A stretch of DNA of 64,000 nt from an uncultured Pseudomonadales bacterium (lineage in GTDB: Bacteria > Patescibacteriota > Microgenomatia > UBA1400 > UBA1396). The stretch's first letter is position 1, and every line of letters starts with the position of its first letter. Below the pieces are notes generated by a model. It was not told the DNA's origin and made no database searches. It saw nothing but the letters and a program-made list of their open reading frames with translations. A program made the translations under genes and the position numbers. The stretch covers positions 12,979 to 76,978 of the forward strand of contig CAZRWP010000004.1 of the NCBI GenBank assembly GCA_964603945.1, written 5' to 3'. Of this stretch, positions 17,866 to 26,513 are shown piece by piece.

Positions 17866-20800
17866 CTACTCATTCTCAATCAGGGCAATTTCTTCAGTAT
17901 TCAGCTTGTATAGGTCATAAATTGTCATGTCTATTTGTTTTTCCAGCTTATTCAGTTCGGTTTCAATTGAAAGCAATGCTCTTCTAATTTTGTTAAACCA
18001 TTTGTTTAAGCTATCTTGTTCGGCAAGTTCGAGATTCACTCCTTGCTTTTCTAGCTCCGCGACTAACTCATTCCAACCTAATTTATAAAAATTGTCTAAA
18101 TTTGTAGTTTGATTTATTTTAAATCTTGTAACGATAATTTCTAACGCTCTAGTTTTCTCTGAAAGTAGTTTAGAGTTTACTTTATATACTTCTTTTACCA
18201 AGTCATCTAACTTAGATGACTCTTGATTTGTAATTTCTGCTATTGGAAATGGCTCTAAGTATTTTGTCTTGAAGTAGTAGTATCCGCTATTAAAAACATT
18301 GCTGGTCATTTTTATGAAAAACCACATTAATTGAGAGTTTAGTATTGCCAATAGTGTACGTGCGCTATAGCCAAGGCTATCTGGCACAGGAATAACATAG
18401 CCACCCGCATCAGTAATTGTTTTACTGTCATCAAGGGTGAAGTTAGGATAATTTTGTAATTGTGGAGTAATAATTTTGTCGTTTGTAAAGAGATTAAAAT
18501 CTCTTGCTCTATGCAGGGAATACCAGTGCTCTGGATTTGTCTTATATGATATCTTCCTTGCAATTAATTCATCCTTAAACTGGCTTAAGTATTCGTATGC
18601 CAATGGATAATTGGTTTTGAATACATTCTCACTCATGGGAACAGTTTTGCCGTCTAAAATGATGTGGGGATAAATAAGAAACAGTCTTGATTGAATTTTT
18701 TGATATCGTCTAATATCCTTGCCTTTGGCAATGGGCTGCACAATGGCTGACTCGATTCGTATTTCTTTTTTGCTTGCTTCAGAATATCCAACAAAATAGT
18801 TATTAACTATTTCTCCTCTAAGAATAAAAATATCGTCTCCCGTAGTTACTATTCCTTGATATATTCCATTAACTATGTTTCCAAGCACGGATTTCTTTTC
18901 GAGAATTTTGTCAAGTAACTCTTGTTTTTTTGATCCCAGCAAATTCCAAGATTGGGAATTCAAATGATCATAGTTGATTTGATCTTCAACAAGATGATCT
19001 GAGTTCACAATTTGCTCTGGTTCCGTAATGTTAAATTTGAGAACATTATTTTTATTTTTTGTTATGAATACAACACATGTGTAGGTGGTTGCATCTCCAA
19101 ATACTTGATTTGTGCCGAAATCTACTATCCTGTATAGACACTTTTTTTCTGCCAAAAACTTTCTTATGCCACGCCCATAATCTGTATTTAAAAATTTATG
19201 GGGAAGAATGAAACCAGCTATACCATTTGAGTTCAAAAGTTGATAAGCCTTCTCCATGAAAAGTACGTATGCATCATACTTTCCTGTTGATGAAGCATAT
19301 TTTTCATTATAGAAATTTTCTTCTGCAATTGAGTTAACAAATCGTTGGATTTTTATATATGGTGGGTTTCCAATAATTACGTCAAATCCGCCATTGCTCA
19401 TAATGGTTTTAAACTCATTATTCCAGCCAAAGGCCCGACCTCCTGCTACTTGTGGGTCATCAATCAGTGAGTTTCCGCACTTAATATTCTGATCAAGGTT
19501 TTGAAGCGGTTCAGTTGACTTAGCGGTTTTAAGCCAGAGAGCAAGTTTCGTAATCTCAACACTTTCTGGACTTAGATCAACGCCAAAAAGATTATTTAAT
19601 AGAATGCTTTTATCGTTTTCCACCCATTTTAAATCAAAGAGACCAGTAACTTTTCCTTGTTTCTGAAGTTCAAGTTGCTTTTCTTCATCTCGAATTTTGT
19701 ATTGATTGATCAGAAAAGAATGTGCCTGATTAAGAAATGCTCCACTGCCGCAGGCGGGATCAAGAATCTTTATCGTTTCTAGTTTATCTGGATTTTCTTC
19801 CAGATACTTGCCAACCGTGTTTTCAACAATAAATTTTGTGATATATTCTGGCGTGTAAAAAATGCCTTGCTTTTTTCGAAGTGATTTTTTCTTATCAACA
19901 GATTCGCCTTCGACAGAAGCTTTAATTTCTTCGAGATCACTAATACTTTGTTCAAAAATATGGCCGAGTACATTAACGTTAAGATCGCTTTCAAAGTCAT
20001 AACTCGTAAGTTTGATAATCTCTTTCCAGATCTCATCTTTGATAATCAGATTATCAAGAGCCTCGTCTGACTTGAACAAGCCGCCATTGTAAGCGTTGAT
20101 TGGAGGCATGACTCGCTTATTGCCTTTATCAATGGCTTGGAATAAGCCTTTAAATTCTGCCCAGACACGCTGATCACTGTCCGAAAGAGTAAATGATTGA
20201 AAGGTACGTTCGTAGGTGTTTTTGACGAGATGAGCTGGCAAAAGCGTACTGGAGTCTTCACAGACCATAGTAAAAATCAATCGGTCGAGGAGTTTCTGAG
20301 TTTTCTCAACCAGAACGAGCTTGTCTACATCAGGATTATGCTCAAAAAGATGATTTAGGACTTTGAGACGAATCTCTTTATACTGCTCATAAAATCTTTT
20401 CGTGATATTTTCTTCTTGAGCTGTAGTATCTGCTACCAGATGATCAATGACTGAGGTATGGCCTTCATCAATCAGATTGTGTCTATTGAGTATGTAATAA
20501 AAACGCTTAAATTCGTGTTCTCCAGTTAAATCAACAATGTCAAACTTCTCATAGAATCCCTGACCTCTAGACTTGCTATAAATTCTGATTTCTCTAAAGT
20601 TAGAAACAATTGCCCATTTGCAGCCGTCGAACTTATTCAGATACTGAAAAGCTTGTTCTACAGGAGTAAGTTTGCCAATTCTTCCAGATTGTTTTTTATC
20701 AAGTGAAGTTTTGGCGTCTTTTAGCTCAATGACAGCCCAGACTTTACTTGAATCTTTGGTAAAAAACCCGAGTGCGCCATCTGCCTCTTGCGAATCCACC

Positions 20801-21054
20801 TCTGTTTTTGGTTCTTGATTCAAATGCCATTGTTCTTTGCCTGACGTTTGAGTGTCATAACCTAGGACAGTTTCGAAAAATTTAGTTAAAAATTGACCTT
20901 GAACGCCTGTCTCTTTGGTCCTGTCAAGATTGCTATCTTTGAGAGCCTTCTGCCATCCAGCTAATATTCTCTGGATTTCCTCAAGCTCTAGACCAGTGGG
21001 GAAATCATACCTGGCCAGGTGCTGGGCAAGTATTTTTTTGTTGAATAGATTCAT
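17866..21054 (-). CDS. Type IIG (MmeI-like / Type IIL) fused restriction endonuclease-N6-adenine DNA methyltransferase
   Basis: 1062 aa. The N-terminus has a PD-(D/E)xK-like D…(A)VIELKDAK motif as in the MmeI family. The methyltransferase has motif I ILDPACGSGAFL and motif IV VIIGNPPYIKIQ (gamma-class, N6A). A long C-terminal target-recognition region follows. No PglZ or BrxC are nearby, so BREX is unlikely. Confidence 0.8.
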   Translation of the reverse strand: MNLFNKKILAQHLARYDFPTGLELEEIQRILAGWQKALKDSNLDRTKETGVQGQFLTKFFETVLGYDTQTSGKEQWHLNQEPKTEVDSQEADGALGFFTKDSSKVWAVIELKDAKTSLDKKQSGRIGKLTPVEQAFQYLNKFDGCKWAIVSNFREIRIYSKSRGQGFYEKFDIVDLTGEHEFKRFYYILNRHNLIDEGHTSVIDHLVADTTAQEENITKRFYEQYKEIRLKVLNHLFEHNPDVDKLVLVEKTQKLLDRLIFTMVCEDSSTLLPAHLVKNTYERTFQSFTLSDSDQRVWAEFKGLFQAIDKGNKRVMPPINAYNGGLFKSDEALDNLIIKDEIWKEIIKLTSYDFESDLNVNVLGHIFEQSISDLEEIKASVEGESVDKKKSLRKKQGIFYTPEYITKFIVENTVGKYLEENPDKLETIKILDPACGSGAFLNQAHSFLINQYKIRDEEKQLELQKQGKVTGLFDLKWVENDKSILLNNLFGVDLSPESVEITKLALWLKTAKSTEPLQNLDQNIKCGNSLIDDPQVAGGRAFGWNNEFKTIMSNGGFDVIIGNPPYIKIQRFVNSIAEENFYNEKYASSTGKYDAYVLFMEKAYQLLNSNGIAGFILPHKFLNTDYGRGIRKFLAEKKCLYRIVDFGTNQVFGDATTYTCVVFITKNKNNVLKFNITEPEQIVNSDHLVEDQINYDHLNSQSWNLLGSKKQELLDKILEKKSVLGNIVNGIYQGIVTTGDDIFILRGEIVNNYFVGYSEASKKEIRIESAIVQPIAKGKDIRRYQKIQSRLFLIYPHIILDGKTVPMSENVFKTNYPLAYEYLSQFKDELIARKISYKTNPEHWYSLHRARDFNLFTNDKIITPQLQNYPNFTLDDSKTITDAGGYVIPVPDSLGYSARTLLAILNSQLMWFFIKMTSNVFNSGYYYFKTKYLEPFPIAEITNQESSKLDDLVKEVYKVNSKLLSEKTRALEIIVTRFKINQTTNLDNFYKLGWNELVAELEKQGVNLELAEQDSLNKWFNKIRRALLSIETELNKLEKQIDMTIYDLYKLNTEEIALIENE

Positions 21055-21253
21055 ATGGTTTGTGTTAATTGTATCTCGATTGACTTATCGAATAAACAGC
21101 AAATACAAAACATGCTCTGACAATCTAAGATGGCTCAAAAATGACAGATTAGTGTGAATAAATAATAGCTAAATTCTTGCAAGAAAGTGTCAAAAAGATG
21201 GATTTAAGTTTATCGTCGCGTGAATCATCATGTACACCGTGCTATGATTTCAT

Positions 21254-22243
21254 TTGACCATTTTTGATTGTAATAGATTGAAAATGATGCTATATATGCT
21301 ACATATGGCAGGAAAATCACGTTCGCAAGCAAAACTGTCTGAAGTGAAAAAAACAAAGGACAGCACCGTTCTAGATTTGTCAGTTTGGGGAGACTTGATC
21401 AAATTATTTAAAGATAATAAGGATCAAGATATTGACCAACTTACAGAATATTTTTCAAAATACATACAAAAAGTAATTGCAGAATCTGGCTTAGATGATT
21501 ATCAAGTGAGATTTTTATTCGACACTGATTCAATCTCAGAATGGACACAAAACAGTTTATACAAATCATTTAAAAATATTGATTCCAAGAAATTACTTCT
21601 GATCATTGATAGCCGAGGAGGAGCTGTTGAGCCTGCTTACCTTATAAGTAAATCCGCAAAAAAGTTGTCAAAAAACTTTATTGTTGCGGTTCCAAGAAAG
21701 GCAAAATCTGCCGCCACCTTAATTTGCCTTGGAGCTGATGAGATTCACATGGGATTGATTAGTCATCTTGGGCCAATAGATCCTCAGGTTGATGATCTAC
21801 CAGTACTTGCTGCTTCAAGTGCTATTGAAGGTATAGCAGCTATATGCGAAAGACATCCAAAATCATCCGAAATGTTTGCTAGATATTTATCTGCAAATGT
21901 TGAGCCGGCAATGTTTGGTCATTTTGAAAGAATTGCTGAGTCTGCAGTTCAATATGCCCAGAGACTTTTGAGCGACAAGAAATTACCACAAGTTGATGAC
22001 CAGCCAGTATGGAAAAAACTGGTATATGAATATAAAGACCACGGCTTTGTTATTGATTATGACGAGGTCAAAAAACTCTTAGGCGAAGATATGGTAAAAA
22101 TTGACACTCCCGAACTAAAACTTGCAGAGAAAATCTATGAATTCTGGAGTAATGCCAGTATGTTGATGGAAATACTTAGAAAACAAAGAATCTTCATGGT
22201 CGGAGAGTGTGACAAAATTGGTCACAGCGAACTAAAAAAATAA
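21254..22243 (+). CDS. ClpP/crotonase-fold serine peptidase of the SDH (S49-like) family
   Basis: LLLIIDSRGGAVEPAYLISK…VAVPRKAKSAATLICLGADEIHM resembles the IDSxGG core of SDH/SppA-like peptidases. The true start may be the internal MLYMLHMAGK. Confidence 0.5.
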   Translation: MTIFDCNRLKMMLYMLHMAGKSRSQAKLSEVKKTKDSTVLDLSVWGDLIKLFKDNKDQDIDQLTEYFSKYIQKVIAESGLDDYQVRFLFDTDSISEWTQNSLYKSFKNIDSKKLLLIIDSRGGAVEPAYLISKSAKKLSKNFIVAVPRKAKSAATLICLGADEIHMGLISHLGPIDPQVDDLPVLAASSAIEGIAAICERHPKSSEMFARYLSANVEPAMFGHFERIAESAVQYAQRLLSDKKLPQVDDQPVWKKLVYEYKDHGFVIDYDEVKKLLGEDMVKIDTPELKLAEKIYEFWSNASMLMEILRKQRIFMVGECDKIGHSELKK

Positions 22244-22247
22244 ATAC

Positions 22248-22964
22248 TTAATAAGCAATTGTTTCAAGTATTTCTTCTGTCGCAACCGCAATATCAGTTT
22301 TAATCTGATCAATATGATTTTTCTTAGCTATAAATTTTCGATTGTGAGCGCAAACATCACCAATCTTCTTAATTTGAGCAAAGCTATTCTTCAGATTTCT
22401 AGATGCGTGAAAATCAGTCTCGGCATTGTATCGGTCTATTAAATCTGAAAAAAATAAATATTGGCCTTTGGAATCTTCTATCTTGCCGGAAATCTTTTTT
22501 GATTCAAAAGCTTCAATTATCAATGTTTCGAGCAATCTCCTAAGCAATACCAGACATGCCGTGTAAAGGCCCGTGTCGTAGCAGATATTGATTTCTTCTG
22601 CAATTTTTATCAAGTAATTTCTAGTGTTCTCAAAACTAGAAAGTGTCAGCATATCATTAGTTGGCATTGGTTTTTTTACAACGCCTAGCAGCTTTTGGAT
22701 TTCAGCTTTTTTATTGGCTTGGAGGCTATATCCAGATTTTTTCTTAATGTAGTATTGATTTGGCTTTTTTGACTTTCTCAATAAAAGCATATTAATATTG
22801 GAATATGGCTCCAAATCGATTTGATGGAATAAATCTTTGAGCTTAGGTGCAGTAACTGTTTCTTTATTTATTTCGCACACAAAATATGCCAATAAAGAAG
22901 TTTGTTCAGAGGAATCAAGCTCATAAAAATTGGGGAAGTTTGAAATGAAGTCATTTACTGTCAT
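22248..22964 (-). CDS. Hypothetical protein with a DUF4145-like C-terminal domain
   Basis: The C-terminal half (…LVLLRRLLETLIIEAFE…FFSDLIDRYN…FAQIKKIGDVCAHNRKF…ATEEILETIAY) matches the DUF4145 pattern (L..RR.LE.L…IR.lGN.aaH…e.i). That domain is common in restriction-modification and Abi neighbourhoods. Confidence 0.45.
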   Translation of the reverse strand: MTVNDFISNFPNFYELDSSEQTSLLAYFVCEINKETVTAPKLKDLFHQIDLEPYSNINMLLLRKSKKPNQYYIKKKSGYSLQANKKAEIQKLLGVVKKPMPTNDMLTLSSFENTRNYLIKIAEEINICYDTGLYTACLVLLRRLLETLIIEAFESKKISGKIEDSKGQYLFFSDLIDRYNAETDFHASRNLKNSFAQIKKIGDVCAHNRKFIAKKNHIDQIKTDIAVATEEILETIAY

Positions 22965-23508
22965 TTTTCACCTTGGGCGGCAGATCGTGGTTGATAAGGT
23001 TTTCTCCATGAACTGTAAGTGAAATATCATCTAACGATGATGTCTCTAGCCATCCTTTTCTCGAAGAGGTATCAATGACGCTCTGCCTTAACGCGCCGGG
23101 CACTCTTTGCCCTGTGCCTTTATAACAGGTATAGATATGGTTTAGGGTTACCGTGGTTATTCCGAGTGTATTCTTAAGGTAAGCAACAAACAATGTATTT
23201 TTTTCCATGTTTGAGCGGGGTTGTTTTTTATCAAAGTAATCTTTCAAGCTTTCTTTACTTCCACCCGAAAGATCAATGTCTTTTACTATTGAATATGAGT
23301 CGGAATTTTTTGATGTTTTTCTTGACTGTTTCTTTGAATGAGGTTCTGAAACAGCTGGTGTGGATTTAGTTGGTGTAACTGGAGTCTGTATTGGATGAAT
23401 ATCTTTCTTAAGGCTTTCTTTGAAGTCTTGATAGACTTGCTTGACAAATTCCTCTTCCCCAGAAACTTCAATGATGCCTTGAGTTAAATCAATCTTTACT
23501 GTTGTCAT
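22951..23508 (-). CDS. Hypothetical protein (small N-terminal domain, K/S/T-rich linker, roughly 90-aa C-terminal domain)
   Basis: It overlaps the downstream DUF4145-like gene by 14 nt, which suggests a two-gene operon. No recognisable motif. Confidence 0.4.
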   Translation of the reverse strand: MTTVKIDLTQGIIEVSGEEEFVKQVYQDFKESLKKDIHPIQTPVTPTKSTPAVSEPHSKKQSRKTSKNSDSYSIVKDIDLSGGSKESLKDYFDKKQPRSNMEKNTLFVAYLKNTLGITTVTLNHIYTCYKGTGQRVPGALRQSVIDTSSRKGWLETSSLDDISLTVHGENLINHDLPPKVKNDSK

Positions 23509-23634
23509 AAGTGCTTTCAGCTTTTAATATCTATTTAAAATAGAAGAATAGATTCGATCACAGCTATTGTCAAGATGACTTTTTTGTCCAAATACAAGAC
23601 AATGATCTTGGTATATAATTAAACCAACATATAT

Positions 23635-23727
23635 AGCCTGGAAGCTTACTTAACTCGTTTTTTCGAGGAAGTTTTTTGATCCGTGATAAACAGGGGCAGC
23701 CCTACGCGGATCTCAAGCTTCCAGGCT
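23635..23727 (+). promoter_or_regulatory. Highly structured 5' leader: 13-bp perfect inverted repeat agcctggaagctt…aagcttccaggct enclosing two smaller hairpins
   Basis: It sits about 15-25 nt downstream of an extended -10 (TGGTATATAAT, about 23609-23619) and 60 nt upstream of the ATG at 23787. The inner stems are ctcg-tttttt-cgag and gatccg…cggatc. A ggctc…gagcc stem overlaps the GAAGGAG Shine-Dalgarno sequence. Confidence 0.35.
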
Positions 23728-23786
23728 GAAAGATTACGGGCTGTCTCTTTTTGGATACCGATGGCTCGTAGTTAGAAGGAGCCGGT

Positions 23787-24509
23787 ATGTCCGAACAGCC
23801 AGTTAAGATCTCTTCTTGGTTTAAACCATGGTGGAAAGGCCTATTAGTTATAGCTCTCTTTCCGTTCACACTTTCTTATTTCATCTGGAAACAAAACTGG
23901 AAAACTCCGATTAGACTTGGGGCAGTTGTAGTGCTTTGGATAATTTTTATTGCACTTGGATCAAGTGGGCCTTCTGAAACAAGTACCGCATCTGAAACAG
24001 ATAGTCAAAAACAAGCTGAAGTGGTCGCCACATCAACACCAGAGCCATCCGAAGTGCCTCAAAATGAACTTAATTTACAAGAAAGGCTGGATATCCTTGC
24101 AAAGAAAAAAATTGACAAAAAAGTGGCGCTCGCTTACGACGAGCAAACTGGGTTAGCGACGGCAGAACTTTCGACCGCCGACCATACTTTTCTAAATAAT
24201 ACTGACATGGCCAATCGGATTTGGAACTTCTTTATTCCGTTTGCCACAGAAGCATTTAAATATGAAGGAGTCAATCAAATAAAAGTCAGTATTACGACTG
24301 AATTCGTGGACGGATACGGCAAATCAATATTCGATGATGCTGTCTATGTTGACATGACAAAAGAAGATTTCTTGCTTTTTAACTGGGAGAATCTCCGATT
24401 CACTAATCCACAAGAAAATCAACAACTGCTCGAAAAATCAAACTATTACATCAATGGCGTGATTTACAAAGATATTAAGCCAGACAAATTGAAAATCAGT
24501 TTTTTGTAA
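23787..24509 (+). CDS. Hypothetical membrane protein (two N-terminal transmembrane helices plus an extracytoplasmic domain)
   Basis: Hydrophobic segments LLVIALFPFTLSYFIW and LGAVVVLWIIFIALG. A GAAGGAG RBS is present. Confidence 0.45.
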   Translation: MSEQPVKISSWFKPWWKGLLVIALFPFTLSYFIWKQNWKTPIRLGAVVVLWIIFIALGSSGPSETSTASETDSQKQAEVVATSTPEPSEVPQNELNLQERLDILAKKKIDKKVALAYDEQTGLATAELSTADHTFLNNTDMANRIWNFFIPFATEAFKYEGVNQIKVSITTEFVDGYGKSIFDDAVYVDMTKEDFLLFNWENLRFTNPQENQQLLEKSNYYINGVIYKDIKPDKLKISFL

Positions 24510-24519
24510 GCGACTATAG

Positions 24520-24780
24520 CTATAGTACTAGTCTAAGTAATAGTAATAGATTTAAGTATAAGTTGTTAGTTAATTATTTTAGTTAAGTCATTAGTAATAG
24601 TTTAAGTAAAAGTATAGAGATATAGTTAAGTAATAGTTTAGTTATAGTTTTTTTGTTACTGGTTTTTCACTAACACTCTAGAGGGATTTTAGATGGTTGA
24701 GATCAGTGCGATGGTAGTAGTTATGGTCGTGGTGGATCGAGTGTCGTTTTGGATGGTTGGAGTGACTTGAGTAATTTAAA
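24520..24780. repeat. Strand-asymmetric, almost C-free block with iteron-like direct repeats (T)AAGTAATAGTTTA
   Basis: Three or more copies of AAGTAATAG(T) units lie within 24534-24650 on the plus strand, in sequence built only of A/T/G. A G+T-rich tract follows (24700-24780). Confidence 0.5.
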
Positions 24781-25015
24781 GTTCAATGACGCTTAACGGG
24801 TGAATTTCACTCTTGGAAAATCTATGTGATTTCATTCAGTCATCACTCAAATTCATTGAAAAAATTACATTGGGGGGAGTACGAAATTGATTGATGGAGA
24901 AATAGAGGCAGAAAAACATCGAACAAAATTAGTATACGCACTTTGTCACATGCACTTGTATTTGACTGGCGGCTTTCCTTATTCTGAAAAATAATTACAG
25001 GTATAATTTCTTAAT

Positions 25016-25747
25016 ATGGCGCAAAACAAAAAGGCAGTCAGTGCTGCTGAAATCCTGCTTGATCTAGCTGAAAAACAAGCCAAAAAAATGAGCAATCTTG
25101 TGGTAGATGAAGATGATGACAATGCTAAAGACTATCTTGTTGATGTAATTTTTTCACAAAATGATATCGAGCAGTATTCAATAAAAATTGAAGATTTTCT
25201 TAGTGCCTGTGACTATATATTTCAGAATAGTGGGTCATACAAACAAACTACCAAGGCACTTGGACTAATTAAAACATTTAAAAAACAAAATATTGCTGGA
25301 ATAGATACTACATACTACAGCGTTGAAGTTGACCCAGGTTCACTCAGAGATTTTTTAATTTCAGATAATGACATGGCTTTTATTGTTGAGTTCAGAAGAT
25401 TTAGAGATATCTTTATCAATGGAATTCAGATAAAAAATTTCAGAACCAGTAGTCAATCTCAAGAGGCATTTGAATACGTTTACGAACATCCTAATCAGTG
25501 GATTACATATGATGATTTAAGAGAAAATTCTGGCCTTGATGACACTGGTAATAATTTTTTGACGAGAACGATTAATGACCTAGTGGATGATTGGCAATTT
25601 AAGGGAATTTTGAGAGAAGCCTTTTTTAGAGCCGGTAAGAATAAGCTTATGTTTAGAAAACATATTACCAATGATGAACTATCAAAAGAATCATATTCTT
25701 ACACAGACATTTTTTCCTTTTTAATTTCACATTTTTCTCCAAAATAA
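25016..25747 (+). CDS. Hypothetical protein (island cargo)
   Basis: 243-aa ORF with an RBS-like sequence. AT-rich codon usage like the rest of the island. Confidence 0.4.
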   Translation: MAQNKKAVSAAEILLDLAEKQAKKMSNLVVDEDDDNAKDYLVDVIFSQNDIEQYSIKIEDFLSACDYIFQNSGSYKQTTKALGLIKTFKKQNIAGIDTTYYSVEVDPGSLRDFLISDNDMAFIVEFRRFRDIFINGIQIKNFRTSSQSQEAFEYVYEHPNQWITYDDLRENSGLDDTGNNFLTRTINDLVDDWQFKGILREAFFRAGKNKLMFRKHITNDELSKESYSYTDIFSFLISHFSPK

Positions 25748-25847
25748 CACTTTCCAATGGAACTCAATCGGGCTGAGTATCCATAACCCTATTTTTCCTT
25801 TTTCTTGAGAGAAAATCTCCTTATTAATAAATAAAAAGGAGGTTTCT

Positions 25848-26246
25848 ATGGCAGGATTTACTGCTTCAGAACTACTCGCTCAGAAACAAGCTGAGCACAT
25901 AATAACCTTGGTGGAACCTCACCAAGTCTACTTAGTAAAAATCGTTGATTCGAGAATTCGAACAAACTACTACGGTGGTGAATCTCTTCGGCTCATTTTT
26001 GAATTTTTGGAAGGAAAAGAGACTGGAAAACATACTTCTCATATCCTGACTTTTAAAAATTCTAATGGCACATACGGAAAACAATTCATACAGCTAATTT
26101 CACAACTTTTTGAATTGTCTAATTCTGACGAAAGAATTGATACAGACGAGTTGGTAGGAAAAAAGTGTTTGATTTTGGTGGAAGACAATCCAAAAAATAA
26201 GCTTTGGCAAAAAGTGGCCTCAATCTCACTTTTTAAAGAAAACTAA
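25848..26246 (+). CDS. Hypothetical protein (island cargo)
   Basis: 132-aa ORF preceded by AAGGAGG 7 nt upstream. Confidence 0.45.
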   Translation: MAGFTASELLAQKQAEHIITLVEPHQVYLVKIVDSRIRTNYYGGESLRLIFEFLEGKETGKHTSHILTFKNSNGTYGKQFIQLISQLFELSNSDERIDTDELVGKKCLILVEDNPKNKLWQKVASISLFKEN

Positions 26247-26251
26247 ATTTC

Positions 26252-26443
26252 ATGACTTTGTCCTCAAAAGCCACTAGCGATTTTAGTGAGATCTACTTAA
26301 AGAAATTCGGAGTTAGTCTCTCGGCTGATGAAGCTGAGAGATTAGCTCTCGAGCTTTTGGGGTTCATGAAACTTATCTATAGGCCAATTTTAAAGAAAGA
26401 ATATCAGGTTCTACCAGCTCATTCGCCTATGTACGAGTTATAA
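26252..26443 (+). CDS. Small hypothetical protein (island cargo)
   Basis: 63 aa, 5 nt after the previous stop, so probably co-transcribed. Confidence 0.3.
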   Translation: MTLSSKATSDFSEIYLKKFGVSLSADEAERLALELLGFMKLIYRPILKKEYQVLPAHSPMYEL

Positions 26444-26513
26444 GATCTGAATACTATATAAATAGGAGTAAATTATGCGAACAAATCAAGCTAATAAGGA
26501 ATTGTAATATATT

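Noticed and set aside
17866-21054. The 1062-aa methyltransferase as BREX PglX
   Set aside because: No brxA/B/C, pglZ or brxL lies nearby, and the protein has an N-terminal PD-ExK-like nuclease motif, so a Type IIG/IIL restriction-modification enzyme fits better.
21254-22243. The ClpP-fold peptidase as a prophage prohead protease (which would imply a prophage)
   Set aside because: No capsid, portal, terminase or tail genes are anywhere in the island, which is only about 10 kb, so it is treated as non-phage island cargo.
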